This document shows positions 22,556 to 33,926 of a stretch of DNA of 64,000 bases, piece by piece. How positions within the stretch are numbered: the stretch's first letter is position 1; every line of letters starts with the position of its first letter. The notes beneath the pieces were generated by a model. It saw only the letters and a program-made list of their open reading frames with translations. It searched no databases and was not told where the DNA came from. Source of the DNA: an uncultured Planctomycetaceae bacterium (lineage in GTDB: Bacteria > Planctomycetota > Planctomycetia > Pirellulales > PALSA-1355); the NCBI GenBank assembly GCA_963785305.1, contig CAWAUV010000007.1, forward strand, positions 1,984,001 to 2,048,000, given 5' to 3'. The translations under genes were made by a program, and so were the position numbers.

Positions 22556-23500
22556 ATGGAAAGCGAACAGGCGCCCATGACAGTGCCTTTCGCCTCCTCC
22601 ATGATCCGACAGTCCCACCGAGGTCGTCCATCAATGTGTTCACGATTTAGAGGCTGGTCATTTTTTTTCGCGGGGCTCGCCATCTCGGCGGCAATTTGCC
22701 CCATGGAGTCGGCGCGCGGGGCTCAAGTTCCGATCTCCGTCACCGGCTTTGATCAAAGCATGGTTGTCGCCGTGGGGGAGACTTATGCGGGTGGCGCGCT
22801 TACCGCAACGATGGACGACGGCGCCCCGGCGGTCGGGTTGGGCTCCATTTGGTATGGGTTGGGCCAAAATACAGTCGCTCCGACTACTGGGCTGCCGATC
22901 GGAGTGACGACCAGCATTGGAGATCCGACGACGACGTTCGAGCTCGCTCCTTTCGGATCGGGCAATATACCGTCGGACGACGCGGTTTTGATCGATTCGA
23001 AGCATACGACTGGCGGCCTCACATTACCTTCGCCCGCGGCCTACAGTTCGCTTGCGCTGTTCGCGGCGTCTGCTGGAACTGGAAACGTTGGCGATCCCAT
23101 GGAGTACTCGCTTAACTTTTCCGACGGGAGCACGCAAACCGGCTCATTGACCGTCAATGATTGGTTCACCAACACCAACTCCAGCACCACCTCGGTTGAG
23201 ACGGTCGCATACGGGGCCGGTGGCCGAATCGTTCAAACGGGTGGTTATTACAATGTCACCTCCCCTGGAAACAATCCATCGCTCTATGAATTGAGTATCC
23301 CGGTCACATCGACGATGGCTCTGCTCGACTCTGTCAGCTTTACCTACTCGAGTGGCAGTGGCCACACGGCGATTTTAGCGATTAGTGGCGCCGCGCTGGT
23401 TCCCGAGCCGTGTTTCGTCGCCCTCATGGGACTAGGCGGCCTCGGATTGGGCGCGCAACTGATCCGGCGGCGATGGCATAAGCAACGTCACCGCGTATAG
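22556..23500 (+). CDS. PEP-CTERM-sorted secreted protein, Ser/Thr/Gly-rich beta domain (true start probably later, ~22634)
   Basis: Signal-like FFFAGLAISAAI; C-terminal VPEP + hydrophobic helix + RRRWHK. Confidence 0.8.
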   Translation: MESEQAPMTVPFASSMIRQSHRGRPSMCSRFRGWSFFFAGLAISAAICPMESARGAQVPISVTGFDQSMVVAVGETYAGGALTATMDDGAPAVGLGSIWYGLGQNTVAPTTGLPIGVTTSIGDPTTTFELAPFGSGNIPSDDAVLIDSKHTTGGLTLPSPAAYSSLALFAASAGTGNVGDPMEYSLNFSDGSTQTGSLTVNDWFTNTNSSTTSVETVAYGAGGRIVQTGGYYNVTSPGNNPSLYELSIPVTSTMALLDSVSFTYSSGSGHTAILAISGAALVPEPCFVALMGLGGLGLGAQLIRRRWHKQRHRV

Positions 23501-23654
23501 GTGCGGGAATCCAACAGTCTCTCCGACTCGATTCCGCGGCCAGCGTCCGTCACAAGCCACTTCTTAACGGATCCCCCGAATCGTTTCGAATGGATATCGC
23601 GGCGAAAAGGTTCCAATCGCTTTTTCGCCCTTCAACTTCAAGGAGCCTCGCCTG

Positions 23655-24666
23655 ATGAACCGACTCGTGCTGATCGCCGCGCTGGCATGGGCCACGACGA
23701 CATTGCCGGCCGCGGTCCAGGCCGGCTACATCTATCAGTACCAATTCGGCTCGTCCGGCTCGGGCAATGGACAGTTGAATTTCCCTTACGGAGTGGCGCT
23801 GGACAGCAGTGGCAACGCGTTCGTCGCCGACTTCAATAACAACCGGATCGAGCAATTTAATAGCTCCACCGGCGCCTACATCGCCACCATCGGCTCCTCC
23901 GGCTCGGGCAACGGGCAATTATCTTACCCTACCGGCGTGGCCGTGGACGGTAGCGGCAATGTGTTCGTCAGCGACAACGGCAACAGTCGGATCGAGGAGT
24001 TCAACTCCGCAGGGCGCCTTCGTCACCGCATTCGGTTCCTCCGGCTCAGGCAACGGGCAGTTAAGTGACCCGATTGGACTGGCGGTGGACGGCAGTGGCA
24101 ACGTGTTCGTCGCCGACACCCGCAACAACCGTATCGAGGAATTTAGTTCCACCGGCGCTTTCGTCGCCACCATCGGCGCCTCCGGCCCGTTCAACGATCA
24201 GTTGAATAGCCCTATCGCCGTGGCGGTGGATGGCAGTGGCCATTTGTTCGTCGCCGACAGCAGCAACAACCGGATCGCGGAGTTTAGCACCTCCACCGGC
24301 GCCTTCATCGCCGCCATCGGCTCCTACGGCTCGGGCAACGGGCAGTTGTCTGACCCATCAGGCGTGACGCTGGATAGCAGTGGCAACGTGTTCGTAAGCG
24401 ACACCCGCAACAACCGGATCGAGGAGTTTAGCTCCGCCGGCGCCTTCATCGCCACCTTCGGCTCCTCCGGCTCGGGCGCCGGGCAGTTCAACAACCCCGC
24501 CGGCTTGGCCGTGGACGGCAGCGGCAACGTGTTCGTCGCCGACTTGCTTAACAACCGGATTGAAGTCTTCAGTGTGCCCGAGCCATCGTCGCTGGTGTTG
24601 GCGGGCCTGGGCATGACGGTCGTGGCCTCCGTGGCGCGCTCAAGGCGTTCGCGCCGGCGATCCTAA
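23655..24666 (+). CDS. NHL-repeat six-bladed beta-propeller, PEP-CTERM-sorted; frameshift near 24012
   Basis: Signal peptide ending AVQA; six ~47-aa repeats GQLxxPxGVAVDGSGNVFVxDxxNNRIEEF; VPEPSSLVLAGLG...RRSRRRS. Confidence 0.9.
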
Positions 24667-24725
24667 GCGGCCCGCCGCGCGTCACTGGCAAACTCGTGGC
24701 GCGCGAGATGGCGCCGAATGGGATT

Positions 24726-24812
24726 GGCGCCGTGTTCGTCACCGAGACCTGAAACAGCCGGATCGAAGTCTTCGCCGTGCCCGAGCCTTCTTTGCTGGCT
24801 GTCGCGGGGCTT
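24726..24812 (+). pseudogene. Relic of a second NHL-PEP-CTERM C-terminus
   Basis: Reads GAVFVTET*NSRIEVFAVPEPSLLAVAGL, versus GNVFVADLLNNRIEVFSVPEPSSLVLAGL in the upstream gene. Confidence 0.7.
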
Positions 24813-24968
24813 TTCGCTCGACTATCATGGGAGTCTTGCGCCGCAATGGGCACGCGCTCGAGTGCGCGAACCGATTTCACCGCGGCGGCTCGCAAACAAC
24901 GACTGCATGCGCGGCCCGAATCCTTCGTTTCTCCCCCACCCCTACTTCCCACCGGAGACGCATCGAGT

Positions 24969-26239
24969 ATGAACCCCTCGCACAAAATCTCGCGTCGCGG
25001 ATTTCTCGCCGCCAGCGCCGGTATCGCCTCGCGCTCTCGGCTCGCGCTTATGGCCGAGTGCTCGGCGCCAACGATCGCATTCACATCGGATTCATCGGCG
25101 TCGGTGGCATGGGTTCCGGGCATGTCGGCGCTTGCAAGGATCTCAAGGACAAGGACAATCTCGACTTTCTCGGCGTGGCTGATTGCTGGAAAACTCGCGC
25201 CGATCAGCAGGCCGCCAAGCTGGGGACCGAAGGCTTTGGCGACTATCGCCGGGTGCTCGATATCAAGGACATCGACTACGTGACGATCGCCGTGCCCGAA
25301 CACATGCATGCCCCGATCACGCTCGACGCCTTCGACGCCGGCAAGGCCGTGTACTGCGAAAAGCCGATGACGCATCGCATTCCCGAAGCGCTGGCCGTGG
25401 TCAAGAAGCAGCGCGAGACCAAGCTGGCGATGCAAGTCGGAGTGCAGGCGATGAGCGACGATAGCTATGGCTCGGCCGCCAAGGCCATCGCCGACGGCAT
25501 CATCGGCCAGGTGGTGCAAGCGCAGATCGAATATGTTCGCCGCTACGACGCCCAAGGCCCTTGGCGCGTGCCGAACCTCGACGCCCAGCAGCCGAAACCG
25601 GCCGATCTAGACTGGAGCGCCTGGCTGGGCCATGCGCCGAAAATCGACTGGAATCCTCACCATTATTTCGAGTGGCGCAACTATTCCGCCTACTCGGGCG
25701 GCATCGCCACCGATCTCTTTATCCATCGCATCACGCGGATCATGAAAGCCTGCGACCTCTTGTATCCGCGGCGCGTGGTCGGCATGGGCGGAATTTGGCA
25801 ATGGAACGATGGCCGCGACTTGCCCGACAATTTCGAAATGATCTGCGAGTACCCGCGAGGCATGACCGTGTATGTGTTGGGCACGATGAGCAACCGCGTG
25901 GGCGTGGACCACTTGATTCGCGGCTACCGTGGCACGCTCTATTTCACCGGCGATGCCTGGGTGGCCAAGGACAAGGACGGCAAGGAACTGGCGTCGCACA
26001 AAAAAACCGGCGGCGAGGATATCCACCTGCACCACACCAACCTGCATCAGCATTTGCGCGGCGGCGTGGCGCTCAACTGCCCGGTGGAGCTGGGCCTAGC
26101 GGGCGTGGTGGCGGTGAACATGGCCAACGAATCCTGGCGCACGGGCCGCATGATGGGCTGGGACAAAGCCAAGGAACAAATGGTCCCCGCCGACTCGCTG
26201 CCGTTCGACCCGCTGCCCGAAGCACAAAGCCGCGGCTGA
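24969..26239 (+). CDS. Gfo/Idh/MocA oxidoreductase with Tat signal; frameshift near 25030
   Basis: ISRRGFL; ANDRIHIGFIGVGGMG; DYRRVLD; VYCEKPMT; WRNYSAYSGG. Confidence 0.92.
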
Positions 26240-26404
26240 GTGACGAAATGTGAGAGACAAAAACACGGGAGCGAGCCACGGATGGACACGGAAACCGCAC
26301 GGAAAAAAGCGGGAGCAGAGCCGCACGACGCGCTTCCGTGTCTTTTCCCGGTTGTCGGCGGCTAGTGCATTGTCACCATCGAAATGACGGGTTGGATTGG
26401 TTCG

Positions 26405-26491
26405 GTGTGCCATGCCCACGGCCCTGCGTGAGCATGGGGACTCCGCGTGGCGCTCGAAAACATGCCCACGCTGGGCGTGGGCATGGCACAC
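26405..26491. repeat. REP doublet (REPIN/MITE-like)
   Basis: Perfect 16-bp terminal inverted repeat GTGTGCCATGCCCACG / CGTGGGCATGGCACAC; each half is its own CATGCCCACG..CGTG(A/G)GCATG hairpin. Confidence 0.85.
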
Positions 26492-26587
26492 GGGGTTACC
26501 TATCATTTCAGCCGTGACAAAGCACTAGAAAGTTACCCGCCTTTTTTTTTCGCCATCGTATCTCTTTAATCGCGAGCAATCGAATTC

Positions 26588-27836
26588 ATGATGACCCTCG
26601 GTAAATATAGTTTCGGCGTGGGCGATCGGTTCGCCCATCAGGCCAAGGCGCAGTTGCAAGCCTGTCGGGCGATGCTCGATCGGGGCGTCGAGGTGATTCC
26701 GGTCTGGAACAAGTCGCATCGCGAACATACCACGATCGGCTCCTCGCCCGACAGTGTGCCGCGCGGCGGCCGACGCCGCGGTGCGTGCCCTCGGCTGGAC
26801 CCTGCCCTACCATGTCGACGCCGACCATATCCGGCTGGCCACGGTCGAGGGATTCATCGCGTCGTCGGATTTCTATACCTTGGATGTAGCCGATTCGATC
26901 GGCGCCGCGGCCCCGGCGGCCGATGTTCGCGCGTTTGTCGATCGGCGCCAAGGGCTCGTCGGCCGGCTCTCGATCGAGGGCCTCGCCGAGCCGCTCGAAA
27001 TCAGCCGCGGCGATCTCGAGCGCGTGGCGACGAAGTATCTGCTCGCGGCCCAAGAAGCGGGCCGCGTGTATCGCCGCATCGTCGAACTCAAGGGCGCCGG
27101 CGCTTTCATTACCGAAGTCTCGATGGACGAGACCGACAGCCCGCAAACCCCGCCCGAGCTGCTGATTATTCTCGCGGCCCTGGCCGACGAAAAGATTCCG
27201 CTGCAAACCATCGCGCCCAAGTTCACCGGCCGCTTCAACAAGGGCGTCGACTATGTGGGTGACGTCGCCCAGTTCGAAAAAGAGTTCAATGCCGATCTGG
27301 CGGTCATTCGTCATGCGATCAAGGAATTCGGCCTGCCGGCAGGACTCAAGCTCAGCGTGCATTCCGGTTCCGACAAGTTCTCGATCTATGGCCCGATCCG
27401 CGCGGCGATCCGCCGGTTCGACGCGGGGCTGCATATCAAGACCGCCGGCACGAATTGGCTCGAGGAAGTGATCGGTCTCGCCGAGTCGGGCGGCGAGGGG
27501 CTCACGATGGCCAAGGAGATTTATATCGACGCGCTTCACAAGCGCGAAGCGCTCTGCACTCCGTATGCCGCGGTGATCGATATCGACCCGGCCCGACTGC
27601 CCGACGAGAAGTCGGTCGCCGGCTGGGAGAGCGAGCAATTCGTGGCGGCCTTGCGACACGATCCAACGAATCCGGCGTTCAATGCCGACTTGCGGCAATT
27701 GATCCACGTGGGCTACAAGATGGCGGCGCAAAAAGGCGACCGCTACTTGCGAATGCTTGAAACGTGTGAAACGGCCGTGGCCCGCAATGTGACGGCGAAC
27801 CTGCTCGACCGGCACTTGATCCCGCTCTTTGGATAA
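26588..27836 (+). CDS. uxaE: Tagaturonate/fructuronate epimerase UxaE family; frameshift near 26759
   Basis: SFGVGDRF, VDADHI, EVSMDETD, KGVDYVGD, KLSVHSGSDKFSIY, HIKTAGTNWLE, RQLIHVGY. Confidence 0.88.
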
Positions 27837-27878
27837 CGGACTGAAATTTTCAACAGGCTGTCGACAAGCGTTTTCCGT

Positions 27879-28861
27879 TCAGGCCGCGAAGCGCGGGGCG
27901 GTGGCGCCGTCCCAGGCTTCGCCGCGCAAGCGGTCGCGCCAGCCGTTGTCGGCTTCGGCCGCGAAGCGCGCGAGCCCTTCGGACAAGAGCGGAAGCGGAA
28001 TCTCCAGCTTGCGCCGAGCGGCCCGGCTGCAAAGCGACGTTTCCATGCGATCGAGCGCCAAGCTGTCGTCGTCGTTCAGCGCCGCGCCGCGGTCGCATGC
28101 GTCGTCGGCCGAACCATGAGAGCCATGGGCGGCGCCGGCAGGCCCATCGCCGCCGCGAGCTCGCAGGCGAATCGATAAGGACTCGTGCGCTCGGCGCCGG
28201 CAATGTGCCAAGTTCCGCGAAGCTGGGCATGATGCGCGGCGACGAGCAGTTCGGCCAGATCGCTCGCCAAAATCGGCGTCGCGTGCCGCCGGCCATCGGC
28301 CATCGCTGGCCGCCGATCCACGGCCGCCGACCAAAGCTGCTCGCAAAAACTGTCCTGCCGCGGACTCCAGCCATAGACATGCGTGCGCACGACGAGGGCC
28401 GCCGTGTTGGCGACCGCCGCTTCGAGCCGCCGGGCCGCGTCGGCCGCCGCGCCTTTGCCCTGGGGGGGTGAATCCTCGGAGTGAAACATCCGCGGACCGG
28501 CGAACAGCGCAGTCGCTCGAAAGCACCGTGCATTGTATTTCCCGCTCGCTCGACCACCGGGCCAAGCGCTGGGCAAGACGAGACTCGTCGTCGATCGCTT
28601 GCATGGCGGCGGCCGATTCGCCGGGGCGCTGCCAGCTCGCGGCGCCCGCCAACGGGCAAAATAAAATCCACCCCGGCGGGCGATCTTCGAGCCGCGCGAT
28701 CACGCGCGCGGCTCGCTCCGCGCGAGCGACGTCACTTCAAAACCATCGAGCGAGGTCGACGCGTCGAACGCGATGCCCGAGACTTGAAACCGATCTTCGA
28801 GCGCCAGGGCGAGGTTGCTCCCCGCCATCGACTCGATGCCCACAATCAACAATTCTTCCAT
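27879..28861 (-). CDS. RmlD-like / extended SDR sugar-nucleotide-binding protein, divergent; at least 2 frameshifts
   Basis: MEELLIVGIESMAGSNLALAL (degenerate Rossmann), LSSDC, ALVVRTHVYGW, TPILASDLAE, WHIAGAERTSPYRFA. Confidence 0.65.
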
Positions 28862-29200
28862 GCGAAGCCTCCATGCTCGCGGCGCCGGCGTCCCGCCGGG
28901 TCGCGCGTTGCAATGCGCGAGTTTTTCGAGCGCGCTTGCGACGCCGACCGGCTTCGGGGGGTAGCGATTCTATCGTCGCGGGCAAATTGCACCAAGGCGA
29001 CTTCCTGTCGGCGGTAAAAAACCGCGAAAAACGCGAGGGTTTTGAGTGGCGCGTCGGGCCGGGATCGCGATCGGTCGCGCTTGCGATGCGCGGCCACTTC
29101 CCCTGGCGTCGGCCTTCCGACCGGGTTATAGTGCGCGGGTCGGCCGCTCGGCGCCAACCGCCGCGAATTTCCGCTCCATTCTTCCCCCACCCATCGCGAC

Positions 29201-29923
29201 GTGCAGAACCGAACTCCCCAGCGGCCCATTCCGCATCTCGATCCGACCGGCGCGGGCGGGCTGCCCACGAACCACGCGCAGGCGATGGAATGGCGTCGTC
29301 GCGGCGAGCGGGCCAATCAGGCGACGCACTTCGCCGGCTTAGTGCTCAGCGCCGTGGGGGCGGTGTTTCTTTGTCGCCACGCCGGACAAACCGCCGACCC
29401 TTGGCGGATCGTCGGCTGCTGGGTCTATAGCGTGACCCTGGTCGCCCTTTATGCCGCCTCGACCCTCTCCCACAGCTTCGAGCGCGTCTGGCTGCGGCAC
29501 TTCTTTCGCACGGTCGATCAGGTATGCATCTTCTTCTTGATCGCCGGCACCTTCACGCCCTTTGGGCTCATGTATCTGCGCGATCCCTGGGCGCTCTCGC
29601 TGCTGGGCGCGGTGTGGGTACTGGCTTTCGCCGGCGTGGCGTGCAAGCTTTTCTATACGCGGCTGGGCAATGTCTCGACGATCTTCTATGTGCTGCTCGG
29701 CTGGCTGCCGATGCTGGCGATCCGACAGATTCTGCTGCATGTGCCGCTGGGCGTGTTCGCCTGGATTCTCGCCGGCGGGGTATTTTATACCGGCGGTGTA
29801 TATTTCTTGCTCCGCGACGAGCGCCGCCTGTACTACCACGCGGCCTGGCACCTCATGGTCATCGCCGGCAGCGCATGCCACTACTTGGCCGTGCTCTTCT
29901 TCGTCGCCGGCTGGCGATGGTAG
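29201..29923 (+). CDS. Hemolysin III / PAQR family membrane protein
   Basis: ERANQATH, ASTLSH, DQVCIFFLIAGTFTP, YVLLGW, GGVFYTGG, HAAWHLMV. Confidence 0.92.
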   Translation: MQNRTPQRPIPHLDPTGAGGLPTNHAQAMEWRRRGERANQATHFAGLVLSAVGAVFLCRHAGQTADPWRIVGCWVYSVTLVALYAASTLSHSFERVWLRHFFRTVDQVCIFFLIAGTFTPFGLMYLRDPWALSLLGAVWVLAFAGVACKLFYTRLGNVSTIFYVLLGWLPMLAIRQILLHVPLGVFAWILAGGVFYTGGVYFLLRDERRLYYHAAWHLMVIAGSACHYLAVLFFVAGWRW

Positions 29924-30221
29924 GGGCACAGTTCGAATAACGGCGAGCGTGATCTTCGACCGCTGGTCGCGATTGCGGCCCGGTCTCGGAAGGGTTTTGA
30001 TCGCCAGAGCCGCTATTCCGCGGCGGGCGCGTCCTTCGGTTCTAGCCAACTAGGCATTGCCGTCGGCCCGGCGGCAACGCTTTTGGTGGGCCCGCCCAAG
30101 ATAAGGAACAGTTCCTCGGACGTGTAAAAGCGGCGCGGCTGATGACCTGATTTTTGGGCGCGCTTCCGCAGCCGGAGTGAAGCTGCGAGAGTCCGAAATT
30201 GGCTCGGTTGATTGTAATTCT

Positions 30222-31019
30222 TCATCGGATGCGACTCCGGGAACCGTGGTGATTTTCGATTGCCGCATCGAACGACTTGTGCCGAACCCATCGAAAGCGG
30301 CGGTCGGAAGATATCACGGCGATCTCGATCGGTCCGCCGCAATAGGGCGCGAAATGCGAAAATGTCATTGCCTTGATTGTTGTGTAAATAGACGCATGAA
30401 CCCAGTCAATTGCTTCGCGAATCGGTAGTTTTGTCGGCTGCAACAACGACTGCGACAATAGCAGCTTCGCCAGCTCGTCGTCCGTGCCGCTCCACTTCCC
30501 GGTTTCAAGAATAGCATCGAATACACGCTCGTCGACACCCCAAATCAAACGGTTTATCAGATTCGGCCAGCCCCAGAATTCGGTAGTTCCGCTCGGAATT
30601 GGCCTCGGCGCCGGCGGGGCTGATAAGCCTGGATGCACGGATACCTCGAACGCCTGGGGTTTACGGTTCGGAGATACATACCCACCGATTGCAAATCCAC
30701 AAAATCCGAGATTCGCGAGCTCGAAGTATTCGTTCGACTCCTCGGGACTACGATCATCCTTCTTCTTCTGAAGCTCCGCATATCGACGAATTAAATCCGG
30801 CAATGCCGACGTGTAATTGTCCCATAGCAATCGCGACCATTTTTCCGCCACTTCGGCCATCGATTTCGGTGGGCTTTCGGATAGCTTGTCAGCGAGCTCG
30901 CTTAATAGCGTTCGATGGCTTGTCCCGCTGATGGCTCCCAGCCCCCACGTCACGGCGCCGATCGAGCTATTTTCGCCAACTTGAAATACCTTTTGGCCGA
31001 ATTCGAAGTGATGCTCTAG
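30222..31019 (-). CDS. Proteasome-beta/Ntn-hydrolase-like protein, 5' end cut by IS630
   Basis: QKVFQVG..IGAVTWG, FAIGGY, PIREAIDW, CGGPIEIAVI; more AT-rich than the flanks; frame runs into the IS end at CTAG 31016. Confidence 0.55.
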   Translation of the reverse strand, partial: LEHHFEFGQKVFQVGENSSIGAVTWGLGAISGTSHRTLLSELADKLSESPPKSMAEVAEKWSRLLWDNYTSALPDLIRRYAELQKKKDDRSPEESNEYFELANLGFCGFAIGGYVSPNRKPQAFEVSVHPGLSAPPAPRPIPSGTTEFWGWPNLINRLIWGVDERVFDAILETGKWSGTDDELAKLLLSQSLLQPTKLPIREAIDWVHASIYTTIKAMTFSHFAPYCGGPIEIAVISSDRRFRWVRHKSFDAAIENHHGSRSRIR

Positions 31020-32244
31020 TGCGGCATCAAGCGTAAGAAATGGGGTTGCGGATTTCAAGGATTGATGAGAAACCTTCGGTAACAAGGAGGTGTCCCATGT
31101 ACAAGAAGTACATCGTGCGGTTGTCCGATGAGGAGCGCGGCGTTTGCCGGGAGGTCGTCAAGAAGCTCAAGGGGTCGTCGCAAAAGGCACGCCGGGCGCG
31201 GATTCTGCTCAAGGCCGATGCCGCTGGGCCGGGGTGGCCGGATGCGAAGATCGCCGAGGCATTCGATTGCCGCGTGCAGACGATCGAGAATCTCCGCAAG
31301 CGGTTGGTCACGGAGGGCTTTGAGTTGGCCTTGGATGGCAAGAAGCGCCCGTCGCCGCCCACGCCGCCCAAGCTCGATGGCGAAGGTGAAGCGAAGCTGA
31401 TCGCCATGCGGTTGGGCAAGCCGCCCGCGGGTTACGGACGCTGGACCTTGCAACTGCTCGCCGACGAACTGGTTGCCCTGGAGGTGGTCGATTCGATTAG
31501 TGACGAGACCGTCCGCAAGACGCTAAAAAAAACGGCATGACCAAGCGCAAGATCGAGTACTGGGTGATCCCGCCGGAGCAAGATGGCGAGTTCGTCGCCT
31601 GCATGGAAGAAGTGCTCGAAACCTATGCCCAGGCGTACGATCCGCGGCAACCGGTGTTGTGCATGGACGAGCAACCGGTCCAGTTGCTCAAGGAAACACG
31701 GATGCCGATCCCGGCCACGAAGGAGCACGGCCAGCGGGTCGATTACGAGTACGAGCGCAACGGCACAGCCAGCATCTTCATGTTCGCCGAGCCGCTCTCG
31801 GGATTCCGTCAGGCGACGGCTCGCGCCCGGCGGACCAAGGAAGACTGGGCGATCGAAGTCGCCGAACTACTGGACGGGCGCTATGCCGACTGCGCGAAAG
31901 TGACGCTGGTATGCGACAACCTCAATACCCACACCAAGGGAGCGTTTTACGAAGCGTTCGAAGCGGAACGTGCCCGTGGATACGTGCAACGGATCGACTT
32001 CTGCTACACGCCGAAGCACGGCAGTTGGCTGAATGTCGCTGAAATGCGAGTTGAGCTGCCTGACCAGCCAGTGCCTTCGGGGCCGTCGCATCGGCGAACT
32101 CAACGATCTGCAACGCGAAATCGGCATCTGGTCCGACAAAACCAACGCCAAGCAGCGCGGCGTCGATTGGCAGTTCCGCATCGAAAATGCCCGCACGAAA
32201 CTGAAACGCCTCTACCCACAAATCAAGACTTGATGCCGCACTAG
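31016..32244 (+). mobile_element. IS630-family insertion sequence
   Basis: Perfect 16-bp inverted ends CTAGTGCGGCATCAAG / CTTGATGCCGCACTAG (including the TA target); HTH orfA plus DDE orfB. Confidence 0.93.
31097..32233 (+). CDS. IS630 transposase; A8 slippery site at 31525-31532 and an extra indel near 32043
   Basis: RBS AAGGAGG; RARILLKAD, RWTLQLLA; VLCMDE, DYEYERNG, LVCDNLNTH, YTPKHGSWLNVAE. Confidence 0.92.
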
Positions 32245-32413
32245 CTCGGTTATAATTCTCCCACGGGTCCAAAGTGCCCGCTCACCTTCGGGGAGCCAGC
32301 GCTTAAACGCGCCCCAAACGACGGTCACGGGGACGTGCCCGGCCGCGTCGCGGAACAGTTCTGTTTCCATATACTCTGTCAGCGCGAGATTCGCGGCGGC
32401 TAGCCGGGCAGAG

Positions 32414-33523
32414 GTAACTGTTAAGCATTTCCTCTTTCCCGAAATTGGGTTTTCGGTCACATTGACTGGATCATGGATGATCGAGATCGACGGATCGCCG
32501 AGTTGGAAGCGGAAATCGCCCGGTTGCAGGCGGAGAACGGAACGCTGCGCAAGCGCGTCGAGCAACTCGAACAGCAAGTCCAAAAGTTTTTGCAGCGGCG
32601 CAAGAAAACTGCTCGGCCATTTGCGTTGGGGCGGCGCTTTGTTCGAGCCGGTGGTCGACAAACTCTGGGAACTCTTGCGCAATTCGCCGGTCGTGCAAGG
32701 CGATGAGACCGGTTGGCGGATCGACGGACTGCCCGCGTGGGCCTGGTGTTTTCGAGACACGCGCTTGGCATTGTTCCTGATCGATCGTCATCGCAATCGG
32801 GCCGTGCTCGAGCGAGCGTTGGGCACATCGTTCGCGGGCACGCTGGTCAGCGATTTTTATGCGGTCTACAACGGACTCGACTGCCGCAAACAGCGCTGCT
32901 TGGTCCATTTGCTTCGCGAGTTGCACAAGCTGCGCGAGACGTTGCCGGCGGCGAGCGTGCGGGCCTTCATCCAGCCGTTGATCACGCTGTTTCAAGACGC
33001 GATCCGGTTGGGCCACGAGCGCAAGTCGCTCGGCAAAAAAGCTTTCAACGCGGCCCGACACGAGATTCAAAACCGTTTCGACACGTTGATGCTCGAGAAC
33101 GCGCGTGCGGCATCGCGAATGTTTGCGAATCTGGCGGCGGCTGTTCAAGCACTCGGACGAATTGTTCACCTTCCTCGACGATGCGAATGTTCCGGCCGAC
33201 AACAACGGAACCGAACGCGACATCCGAAGCCTGGCGGCGGCGAGGAATGATGGCGGCACGCATCGGACCGAATGGAGCGCGGCGGCGTTCGCCCGAATCA
33301 AGAGCGTGATCGCGACCGGCGCGAAAAACGGTTTGAGCTTCGCAAGGTATGGAATCGAAGTCGTGCGCGCTAAATTGCAAGGCAAGACCCTGCCGCTGCC
33401 GATCACCAATAGCAGTTAAAACATCCGCCACGCGACCCATCCCCGGAAATTCCTCGCCCGCGATCCCCGCCAATATCGCCACCGCCCCCCCGCGCCCAGG
33501 CCACGCCACGGCTTAACAGTTAC
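32414..33523 (+). mobile_element. IS66-family element (single-ORF type), internally deleted
   Basis: Terminal IR GTAACTGTTAAGC / GCTTAACAGTTAC; coiled-coil N-terminus at 32473; QGDETGW, LVSDFY, QRCLVHLLR, DNNGTERDIR; zinc-finger region absent; no 8-bp target duplication. Confidence 0.88.
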
Positions 33524-33616
33524 TTCAATTCGCCTCGGGGCTCATTGCCCCTGTCTGGTTGACAGTCAGCACTATTTGGAAACGCCCCTATCCGGGGGCA
33601 TTACCTATGGTGCGAT

Positions 33617-33925
33617 ATGTTGACCCTCTATTACGCAGCACAGTACATCGGCCGATCCTCCTCGGGGCTTCGTAGGCTGATCCAGTGCTCCCGATCCCAG
33701 TTAGCCGCTGGGCAGCCGCTCGTGAATAAGTTTCACGCCGTTGGCCTGCCGCACGCCCTCTTGGAATCTGAACGGCTGGACCCGCTCCAAGCCATTTCGG
33801 TCATCCCCTCTCAGGGCGACTCGTGCTGCCCATCTGCGAAACCCCAACGTCCTGGGGCGTCCCCAGGAGCCAGCGAATTTGATTCGTGTTGGGATTTGAT
33901 GGGCAAGAAGAAGGGACACAACTGA
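33617..33925 (+). CDS. Excisionase-like HTH protein, probably degenerate
   Basis: MLTLYYAAQYIGRSSSGLRRLI fits the Xis/HTH_17 pattern; C-terminal part unconvincing. Confidence 0.45.
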   Translation: MLTLYYAAQYIGRSSSGLRRLIQCSRSQLAAGQPLVNKFHAVGLPHALLESERLDPLQAISVIPSQGDSCCPSAKPQRPGASPGASEFDSCWDLMGKKKGHN

Positions 33926-33926
33926 C

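Noticed and set aside
29201..29923. Virulence interpretation of hemolysin III
   Set aside because: Widespread PAQR-type membrane protein; nothing here supports a toxin role
29924..30221. att duplicate of the tRNA-Arg 3' end at the island's left border
   Set aside because: No copy of TACCCCCGGCTGGACTCGAA found by eye, so the border remains approximate
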